64,000 nt of DNA from positions 1-64,000 of the IMG/VR virus record IMGVR_UViG_3300033153_005726, one strand, 5' to 3'. The stretch's first letter is position 1, and each line of letters starts with the position of its first letter. This DNA comes from a virus (taxonomy: Duplodnaviria > Heunggongvirae > Uroviricota > Caudoviricetes). Positions 57,101 through 64,000 of the stretch are shown here, piece after piece. The notes under the pieces are model-generated. The model did no database searches, was not told the origin of the DNA, and was given only the letters and a program-made list of their open reading frames with translations. Made by a program: the position numbers and the translations under genes.

Positions 57101-60100
57101 TTCGACAACCTTTTCTTCAACGTCGTTTACTATTTCTTCAGCTTTATCAGCAGAATCTTGTAACTTTTCTTGATCAATAGTAACTTCTTTTACAATAGGT
57201 TCTTTTAATTTATCAGTAGCTTCTATGGCCTTATCGGCATTTATATCAAGCTCACGCTTCTCGGCAGCTAAATCAAGAGAACCGTTTATTGCACCTAAAG
57301 AATTTATTATCTTATCAGTGGCACCTTCAACATTACTGAAAGGTTCAAATGGATTAGATTGAATATTTTTAATAAGACCCTTTGCAGCTTCTTCTGTTTC
57401 AGCAATTATCCTGATAGGCTTTTTATTATCCATAGTTAATTCTATAGACAACCCATCAACAGTTTCAGCATAATTCAATGCAACTTGGGTCATGTCGCTG
57501 AATACCCTGCTACCATCATCACCTACACCATTAAGGGTATTAACTATGTCAACCAATTTCTGTCTGGGGTCTGATGTATCCATACCCTCAAACATAGTAC
57601 TGAACTTATCTTTTATTGAATCAAGTTGCTTTCCATCTTCTTCAGTGAAAGTGAGAACACTATTGGCACGAAGTTTAGCACTTTCTTGACTGACATAACC
57701 AAAATAATCTTTCAGCTTTGCCCTCATGTCATCAATCTTCTTGCCTTCCTTGGTGCTGATCCCACCATCACTCTTTTTAGACTCAGCTATATAAGCAAGA
57801 AACTCTTGTTTAAGTTCACCGTATTTACCTTTTAATTCATCAACACGGGCATACTCTTCAGGCTTGGCAACAGGTGTGTCAGACAGAGTGCGTTTAGCTT
57901 CTGTCAATTCACTCATCAGTGCTTTATATTCAGTAACAGCTTCACGTTTGAATGTAAGTTCTGTTTCCACACCAACTGGTACACTTTCTGGCATAGCATC
58001 TGATAGGGTTTTCTTTACGTCAGATTGTGCTGGTGCCTCAATTGTTATCTTACCATACCAACCTTCACCAGAAGCTACTATTTCTTTAACAGAACCTAAT
58101 TCATCTTTAATGGTTTGGATAGTTGCTTTAGTATCTGACTGGACTTGCTTCATTCCTGTGCTTATACCGTTCCCAACACCACCTACATCACCAGAAGTTG
58201 TATTAGCAGTCTCACCAGTTTCAACAAGTGCAGCTTTTGCTTCTGCCATGGCAGCAACAATACTTTCAGCAGTTTCTTGACTAGCATCCCCAATTGCTTC
58301 AAATTCTTTAACTACATTGTCAGCAGCCCCATCGTCAGTACTGGCTGAGTAAGAAGCAGTTTGCCCACTTGCAGTTGTTATTTCACCAGTAGCAGCAGGA
58401 TCTTCAGCAGACTTTTTCTGAACCTCATCCAATTTACCTAGCAATTTTTCGTACAAGGCTAATTTTTTCTCATGTTCCAACACCTCTGTTTTAATGTTGT
58501 CCATCTCGAGTGTGTGGCGGGCTGCTTCTGCTTCTTCAATAGTTGTGTACAATTCTCTGTGCACACCCATTTCATCAGCAATTGATTCCCGCATTTCTTC
58601 TCTTGCATCAATCAAATCTTGCTGTTTCTTAGTTACATCTTCCGCAGCCTTTATTTGTACTGTAGCAAGTGCTTCTTCAGAAACACGTTTCTTTTCTATA
58701 GCTCCCTGCTCTGCTTCATAATCACCTACACCCTTCAAGCCACCTTCAGCTTTTTTGAGTACATTTGTGGTTCGAGCCATGGCACTTACAGATTGATTTA
58801 TGTTGCTGTAACCTTCAGCCAAATCCATTGCTTGTTCGGCCTTTTTCTTACCACGCTCTATGATTCCTTTATCATTCTTTTTGATACCTTCAGCAATGAG
58901 GTTATTGGCCTCACCTATTTTTTGTCTGTAGGCACTTTCATCATCACGCTCTTTTTCCCTGTCAGTCATTCCTTCTTGACGGCGCTTTCTTATCTTATCT
59001 TCAAGAGAATCATCAAGTGCAGCAATAGAATCACGTAAATCTTTTTCAGCCTCAAGCCTATCATCAGCTTGTTCAGCAAGGAAATCAGTTAATTCTTCTT
59101 CTATCTTCTCTTTATCTTTAGTTGCTTTTTCCCAAATCTTATCAATATCATCAGCAGCATCCTCTTCAAGATCTACGAGGTCTTCAAGTGCATCTTCATG
59201 TGCATTATTTTCTTTTATTAACCTTTTCTCAGTTTTCTTAATGTCATCCTTAACTTTCTCCAACTTACCATAAGCATCGACTGCCATGGATACTAATTTA
59301 GTATAGTGGGCACGATTAAGGTTTTGGATTACAAGTAGCTGTGCCTTTATCTTAGTGTCATTAAGTGTTGGGTTTTCTTTCAGGTCTGCTAAATGTTTCT
59401 GATCAAGTGCGAGCATAGATGCATGGTGCTGTTTTAATGCACTGAGTTTATCTTTTTGTGCTTGAACGAAATTGTTTTTATCTTGAGCTTCAAATAATGC
59501 AATACCCTGTAAACGATCAGCATACGCATTATCAATTACACCTTTCTGGTCATTGTAATGTGTTTCTAAATCAGCGATACGTTTTTTGTATTCAGTAGAA
59601 AGTTGTTGAGTAGTAGATGTTGCATACTCTAAAACAATATCCTGTAACTCTTCTTCAGCTTCCTTGATAGCTTCAGGGTCGGTGCCAGCCTGTTTAAGCT
59701 GGAGAACTCTAGCACTGGCAATATTAATTCTTTCATCAAATGACTTATTAAGGGCTTTCTTTTTCTCAGCGTACCCTTCCTCTTCAGTCTTTGTTTCATT
59801 CTGAACAGCAGCTTCTATTTCTGCATTACGTCTAGCCAATGCATCCGCTATATCATCAACTAAGATATCATAAGTATCAACTATATTTTCAATGTGTTCT
59901 TGTTGATCATCCTCAACCTGTTTATTATGTTGGGTAATAACTTCAGTTTGGGCGTTGGTAGCTGCAGTCTTGGCATCAGTTTTTTGCTGTTCAGCATCAA
60001 TGACATCTTTAAGGTCTACCCCTTTAATGCCAGCCATGTCGTCTGCATGTATTTGAGCAGCAAGATACATGGCAGCTTGAGCTTTCATCTTGGCTTCTAC

Positions 60101-63100
60101 AATAAGACGGTTATGCTCATCTTCGAGGTTAGCATCCCGTGCAGTGGCTTGCTTTAAATCAGCAGTACGTTCAGCCAATTTAGTTTTTATGACTTTAGTA
60201 GCAGCAGTATAAGCAGTGTTGACAGCCTCTACTTTACCTTTAAGCTCATCAGCATCAGATTTCTCATAACCCTCACGCTGAGTTTTTAATGCCTCAAGGT
60301 ACTTACCTTCTGCTGAAAGCATTTGAGTGTGGGCTAACTCAGCAGCAGTAGAATCTGCACCATACATCAGTACAAATCTATCATAGGTAGCCTTACGTAT
60401 TAAATAAGACCTATCGGTAAAATCATGCTCACCGTTTATTTTACGCTCTTTATATTCAGCATCAGTGATTTCATCATTTTCACGTTGCCTTTGCAGTTCT
60501 ACATAATACGCTTCATAGACACTTTTAAGTTTAGCGATACGGGCTTCATCTTCCTTTATTGCTTTTGCAGCATCACCAGAACTACCAGCACCTAATTGTT
60601 GTAATTTTTTGTTGTATTTTAATTGCAACAAGAACGTTTGCTTAATAAGTTCGTCTTTATCTTTATGTTCTTTCTTAAGTGCAGCAGCTTCTTTTTCATA
60701 AGCAGTAACCGCTTTCATGATACCTTTAGCTATTGCAACAGACCTATGAGCAACAGCACGTTCAGTTAAATCAGTGATCTTATTGATCTCATCTTCTTCA
60801 ACTGTGGCAGCTTCTTTATTGATTCTAAACACTTCACTCATGTATACTTCATAAGCTTGTGTCTTTTCTTTCATAACATCAGAATCAGAAAGACCACCTG
60901 CTGATTCATCTAACTTGGCAAGTTCTTTAATTGCTTTCACACGTTGATCGTACACATTCGTAGCTTCATCGTATTCATCAATTAATTCTTGCTTACGTTT
61001 ATCTATACCTTCAAGGACTTCCCCATTAACTAATTTGTATACATCCCTAAACTTTTCTAAAGAAGCCAAACCAGTAGCTTCTAATGTTTTTATTTCTTTT
61101 TCATTATAAAAAGAATCGAATGGAGAATCAAAATCAAGGTTTTCTTTATTAAACTCTTTTTTCCAAGTCCCAATAATTCCTTCAGTAGCTTCTTTTATTT
61201 TAGATTCAGCACTTGCAGCAGAGTCAACTATTTTATCAAAAGCAGCCGACAAGAAATTAATTTCTGATTCCCCTAAATCTAATGTTTGTATACCCTTTGT
61301 AAATTCTTCTATAGAATCACCAGCAGCATGAGAAGCTTTAGCATAAGCAAGTAGCCCTGCTTTAGAAGTAGCTTGCATCTTAAGTGATTCACCTAAAGCA
61401 TCTTTGTACCCCTGCAACTCAGTCCTAAGTTTATTTAGATTAGCACCTGAAGAACTGAAAAACTTTTGCATAGTAGTGCCAGTGGCTTCAATTTCTTCAA
61501 ATCTATCTATATCTTCTTTTAATTTAGTAACCCAGTAAGAAGCAGAATCCACTTCTTTTTTTGATTCACGTAAAGCGTCTGCAAAAGACTTTACCCCTAG
61601 TTCAGCTTTTCCCTGACTCAATTCTTTTTGGACAGCTATATATTTACGAAGTTCGTCTAAATTAGCAGTAGTTTCTTCAGTTACTTCTGCCATAACTTCG
61701 CCTTGTTTATTTAAAGACAAGGTAGTAGCTGGTACTACTTTTCCAAGTTCTATTTCAGCTTCTATCCAAGCTGCTGAACCTTTCTCACCTTCGGTAAATA
61801 CTTTTTCTAGTTCTTCAAGGGATTTTATCTCAGAATTCAATGCATCTACAACTACAGAAGTCTTCTTTGCTAATTCTAAATGGTCTTCCGCTGTTTTGCC
61901 GACTATAGCTTTGTACGCAAAAAAACCAGCTACAGCCACAGCTATAACGGCACCAATGCCAGTAAACATCGTAGCAATCCCAGCAAAACCAATAGTGGCA
62001 GTTCCAGCAGCAGCACCAGCAGCAGTTGTGGCAGTGGCAGCAGTGGCAGCACTACCTGTCAGTGCAGCAAATCCCACTGCTGCTGTTCTTAGCACTGTTA
62101 TTAAACCAGTAAAATATGTTGTAAGAAATTTAACAAATCCCCCCGCCCCTGATATAGCACCAAACAAGGTCATGATCTTAAACAACGCTGTGAAAGCAAC
62201 AGCAGTGCTAAGAAGAACTTGCATAAGGACTTTATTCTCAACAACTAGTTTACCTACTGCAATGGCAATCTCACCAAAAATAGCAGCGATGCCAAGCATA
62301 TCACTTGCCCAATCAGCCAACTGTACTTTGTTTTCTCTAATTGATTTTGTTAATCCACGTATAAATTCTAATACAGTAGGTTCTATTTCACGCCCAAACT
62401 CAATCGCCATTTCTTGCCAAGCAGATTTAATCTGACGTAAAGCACCACCCATACCAGCTTCCATATCACGGGCAACCCTAGCAGAAACTCCTTCAGAATT
62501 CTGCATGGAAACTAAGAATGTATTAAGTGCATCTTCACCTTGATTAATCAAAGCAGCCATTCCAGGTCCAGCACGCTTACCAAAGATTGTGATGATGTCA
62601 GAAACATCTGCACCAGCAACCTTAAATTGATTGAGAATGTCAATCATAGAAAGCATGTCACCACTTGAATCTGTTACTGAAATACCAAGTGTTTCAAGTG
62701 ACTCACTAACTCTCTTAGTAGGCTCAAGTAAACGGGTAATCGCATTACGCAGTGTCATACCAGCTTTAGATGAATGGTAACCAGCTTGAGCCAGACCAGC
62801 AAGTAATGCACCAGTTTCTTCAAATTCTATATTTGCAGCAGAAGCCAGTGGACCAACATACTGAAAAGCAGTACCAAGTTGCTCAAGGTTTGTACTGGAA
62901 CTTGTAAATCCTGTGACAAGTACATCATTGATGCGTCCTAAATCATCAACTTCCATTTTATAACCACGTAGAATGTTCGTGGTTATATCAGCAGCCCTGC
63001 CAATATCCATCATGCCAGCAGTAGCTAATTGGAGTACGTTAGGAAGTGCACCTATGGTTTCTTCAACAGAAAAACCAGCCATTGATAACTGACGAGCTGC

Positions 63101-64000
63101 TTCAGCCACCTGAGAGGACGTGTAACGTGTGGTTGCACCCAAATCACGTATTACTACTTCAAACTCTTTTAATTGTGCTGAGGACGCTTGTGCGGTCGCA
63201 CCAGCAGCTCTGAGGGCATCATCAAATGTTGAAAGTTCACGTATAGCACCTTTTACAGCAAACACCGCTGCAAAAGAAGCAGTGAATCCCGTCATGGTGC
63301 TTAATCCAGCATTGATAGCTGAGAGTCCACGAGATATACCATACATCTGCCCATTAAACTTACTCATCCCAGCAGATGCAGATGCAGCAGCATAGCCAAA
63401 TTTAGATATAACAGAACGTGTCTTAATAAGCTTAACATTAGCACTGCTGGTAGCTGAAGATACTTTATTTAAATCTGAAGCGAATGTTGCGAATGCTCTA
63501 AGTTTACCTGCTCTATCAAGCTCACCAATAGCCGCAGAAAGCTCACGCATTTTTTGTGCTATAACATTTATATCAAGGTCTTTAATTTTGACAAGACCCT
63601 TAGCCATACTATCCAAATTAGGTATAGATTTGACTTTATCAAATGTCATCAGTTCCTTAGAAAGCCTACCAAAAAATTCAGGGAGATTCTCATTGAATGA
63701 TTCTACTGTAGAAAGTTTTTCTATACCTTCTGCAAAAGGCTTCAGTGCTGGTATTTTAATATCCTTAGTGAAACTGGAAAGTGCGGTACTAAGCTTGGTA
63801 AGGTTAGTAGAAAACTTATCAGTAATATTAAGGGCAGTAATGTCCTTGATACCTTTAGCTATCCCACCAAGACTAGGGACCTTAACCTTTGAGAAAACAT
63901 CTAAAGCCTCAGCAATGGCTATGAGTTTTTTAGAAAACTTCTCATCTATAGTGCCTATTTGCTTTAAGTCTTTAAACCCGTCAGCAAAGTTCTTAAGGTT
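54200..64000 (-). CDS. tail tape measure protein, 5' partial: reading frame stays open upstream of Met 63649 to the window edge (more than 3266 codons)
   Basis: TP901-type TMP core LGATTRYTSSQVAEAARQLSMAGFS...GRINDVLVTGFTSSSTN...QYVGPLA; Ala/Gly-rich hydrophobic segment; long coiled coils; duplicated C-terminal GG..VPA.L..GEFV motif; no in-frame stop between 63650 and 64000 on the - strand. Confidence 0.8.
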   Translation of the reverse strand, partial: NLKNFADGFKDLKQIGTIDEKFSKKLIAIAEALDVFSKVKVPSLGGIAKGIKDITALNITDKFSTNLTKLSTALSSFTKDIKIPALKPFAEGIEKLSTVESFNENLPEFFGRLSKELMTFDKVKSIPNLDSMAKGLVKIKDLDINVIAQKMRELSAAIGELDRAGKLRAFATFASDLNKVSSATSSANVKLIKTRSVISKFGYAAASASAGMSKFNGQMYGISRGLSAINAGLSTMTGFTASFAAVFAVKGAIRELSTFDDALRAAGATAQASSAQLKEFEVVIRDLGATTRYTSSQVAEAARQLSMAGFSVEETIGALPNVLQLATAGMMDIGRAADITTNILRGYKMEVDDLGRINDVLVTGFTSSSTNLEQLGTAFQYVGPLASAANIEFEETGALLAGLAQAGYHSSKAGMTLRNAITRLLEPTKRVSESLETLGISVTDSSGDMLSMIDILNQFKVAGADVSDIITIFGKRAGPGMAALINQGEDALNTFLVSMQNSEGVSARVARDMEAGMGGALRQIKSAWQEMAIEFGREIEPTVLEFIRGLTKSIRENKVQLADWASDMLGIAAIFGEIAIAVGKLVVENKVLMQVLLSTAVAFTALFKIMTLFGAISGAGGFVKFLTTYFTGLITVLRTAAVGFAALTGSAATAATATTAAGAAAGTATIGFAGIATMFTGIGAVIAVAVAGFFAYKAIVGKTAEDHLELAKKTSVVVDALNSEIKSLEELEKVFTEGEKGSAAWIEAEIELGKVVPATTLSLNKQGEVMAEVTEETTANLDELRKYIAVQKELSQGKAELGVKSFADALRESKKEVDSASYWVTKLKEDIDRFEEIEATGTTMQKFFSSSGANLNKLRTELQGYKDALGESLKMQATSKAGLLAYAKASHAAGDSIEEFTKGIQTLDLGESEINFLSAAFDKIVDSAASAESKIKEATEGIIGTWKKEFNKENLDFDSPFDSFYNEKEIKTLEATGLASLEKFRDVYKLVNGEVLEGIDKRKQELIDEYDEATNVYDQRVKAIKELAKLDESAGGLSDSDVMKEKTQAYEVYMSEVFRINKEAATVEEDEINKITDLTERAVAHRSVAIAKGIMKAVTAYEKEAAALKKEHKDKDELIKQTFLLQLKYNKKLQQLGAGSSGDAAKAIKEDEARIAKLKSVYEAYYVELQRQRENDEITDAEYKERKINGEHDFTDRSYLIRKATYDRFVLMYGADSTAAELAHTQMLSAEGKYLEALKTQREGYEKSDADELKGKVEAVNTAYTAATKVIKTKLAERTADLKQATARDANLEDEHNRLIVEAKMKAQAAMYLAAQIHADDMAGIKGVDLKDVIDAEQQKTDAKTAATNAQTEVITQHNKQVEDDQQEHIENIVDTYDILVDDIADALARRNAEIEAAVQNETKTEEEGYAEKKKALNKSFDERINIASARVLQLKQAGTDPEAIKEAEEELQDIVLEYATSTTQQLSTEYKKRIADLETHYNDQKGVIDNAYADRLQGIALFEAQDKNNFVQAQKDKLSALKQHHASMLALDQKHLADLKENPTLNDTKIKAQLLVIQNLNRAHYTKLVSMAVDAYGKLEKVKDDIKKTEKRLIKENNAHEDALEDLVDLEEDAADDIDKIWEKATKDKEKIEEELTDFLAEQADDRLEAEKDLRDSIAALDDSLEDKIRKRRQEGMTDREKERDDESAYRQKIGEANNLIAEGIKKNDKGIIERGKKKAEQAMDLAEGYSNINQSVSAMARTTNVLKKAEGGLKGVGDYEAEQGAIEKKRVSEEALATVQIKAAEDVTKKQQDLIDAREEMRESIADEMGVHRELYTTIEEAEAARHTLEMDNIKTEVLEHEKKLALYEKLLGKLDEVQKKSAEDPAATGEITTASGQTASYSASTDDGAADNVVKEFEAIGDASQETAESIVAAMAEAKAALVETGETANTTSGDVGGVGNGISTGMKQVQSDTKATIQTIKDELGSVKEIVASGEGWYGKITIEAPAQSDVKKTLSDAMPESVPVGVETELTFKREAVTEYKALMSELTEAKRTLSDTPVAKPEEYARVDELKGKYGELKQEFLAYIAESKKSDGGISTKEGKKIDDMRAKLKDYFGYVSQESAKLRANSVLTFTEEDGKQLDSIKDKFSTMFEGMDTSDPRQKLVDIVNTLNGVGDDGSRVFSDMTQVALNYAETVDGLSIELTMDNKKPIRIIAETEEAAKGLIKNIQSNPFEPFSNVEGATDKIINSLGAINGSLDLAAEKRELDINADKAIEATDKLKEPIVKEVTIDQEKLQDSADKAEEIVNDVEEKVVEEPVTMEVEADTEKATQDLEELPKVLPEEGVMLAVNTEGVDEAKVELQTLAGETFEVTGQLLLAASPAAPATEKIDEIKEKLNAIGDEVPEVTIQLSQEDFTEFVAQLEELGGGTDITVNVKVNGSDDMRSLEEWLGLIDQANPTVVDVVANVTGTEDVVTLKQLIDSLVNKTVEVIAKVTGIDKVRELKSAIDKLKDKTITITTKYKTEGSPPSEARAHGGEIQGFDAGGGVFRKLANPFITRGGGSKDDVPAMLMKGEFVHKVAAVKKYGKRFMDMVNSGSYPIEMAKKAVPHFAKGGPVQFDFDSSSVVQNFARGGSVLSGVIGSMKKRLYELFGSEVGRDVNLNVDSVNFQNTVANSSKDITSELGVESVNRLTDAFTSTVNGYAYGGSINTIDFDSATKGINIIYDDLISKANQGDSYEQAAILAKEQAALLAISEELKEKIATLTAEYDEDVVDTTEDHDESVADAKESYNESVDDRDESNTDTLSDTQETYDDSVEDENESYNDTVDDDTEDYTDTETDYDENSNDNLDDYEEEQADIDDEYKDKYYELWGDLIDARSSAREAAEDINTSGRNYGDTSTWRGESNTYPYEGYDVPDLSTYERAIEGYWVRQMANGIDHATAATQKETALEEAAQKWSTWLSSLSSLEDLGITNTSGVIAGTQDISSLALIISEADKQAELDEAQAAYDEAKTNYDDDWSDYTTDHAEDVTDRDEDHVEALADYLESYDGSNTDENESYAEDMADYLESYNDSVDSADESLADSLTSLLASYEDAVASASATAETDAESQKEETQTELTALQDKLASESSEDTLKALDTATDMKEEVGTARTFSIEELLKRLGKGLFGFNTGGSVPHTSTSIPGKDSIMAALTPGEFVMKEGVVSHFGAGFFDALNNFKIPGFNLGGVVGTVQNSVRQSALESVKHSLELTVNGTQHEELYGSQAGIDSILNDLALAKMRS

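Noticed and set aside
55478-59038. Several + strand ORFs (Ile/Phe/Ser-rich, e.g. 55478..55777, 58619..59038, 56340..56786) inside the TMP
   Set aside because: Low-complexity translations of the antisense of the acidic, K/E-rich TMP coding region; no RBS or coupling; treated as spurious
61896-62435. 179-aa Ala/Pro/Val-rich + strand ORF (and neighbours 61880..62092, 63129..63395)
   Set aside because: Antisense to the TMP Gly/Ala-rich hydrophobic segment; the composition mirrors the reverse complement of GCN/GGN codons. An artefact of the long opposite-strand gene

Overview
This window looks like part of a large tailed-phage genome of roughly 36-38% GC, with Shine-Dalgarno-dependent starts and frequent ATGA/TAATG start-stop overlaps. 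It is organised as two convergent blocks.

(1) Positions 1 to about 22.7 kb on the + strand are a replication / nucleotide-metabolism / early module packed with small ORFs. Calls here are: an ATP-dependent DNA ligase; an SbcC/Rad50-like ATPase encoded as two separate halves (3680..4681 and 7878..8492) flanking an HNH endonuclease, an SbcD/Mre11 nuclease and a MazG pyrophosphohydrolase; a P-loop nucleotide kinase; an SPFH/band-7 membrane protein; a ThyX flavin-dependent thymidylate synthase interrupted by a 297-aa HNH-type intein; many small zinc-ribbon proteins including one C2H2-like finger; and a Lar-like anti-restriction cluster.

(2) Positions about 22.8 to 64 kb on the - strand are a late module. 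From right to left: a tape measure protein still open at the window edge (more than 3266 aa encoded in-window); a DUF559/Vsr-like endonuclease embedded between tail genes; several giant fibre/baseplate proteins (1415, 1649, 1217 aa) carrying ConA/LamG-like lectin domains; a 510-aa protein built from about 28 tandem 17-aa repeats; a lipoprotein and membrane proteins; and a GH108-type endolysin.

The most unusual region is 19.1-21.7 kb: tandem small-gene cassettes flanked by mosaic conserved nucleotide motifs. These include hairpins whose stems differ but whose loops carry the same motif, a conserved UUGUUAUGUGA start-stop element directly upstream of the start codons, and a recurrent ATAACGTTYTA stop-proximal motif. 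The arrangement is reminiscent of the promoter-early stem-loop (PeSL) regulatory cassettes of T4-type phages.

No CRISPR array, integrase, reverse transcriptase or canonical tRNA was found. A tRNA-like T-arm/acceptor fragment plus a 12-bp hairpin sits at the convergent junction. Coordinates for non-ORF features were read by eye and may be off by 1-2 nt.
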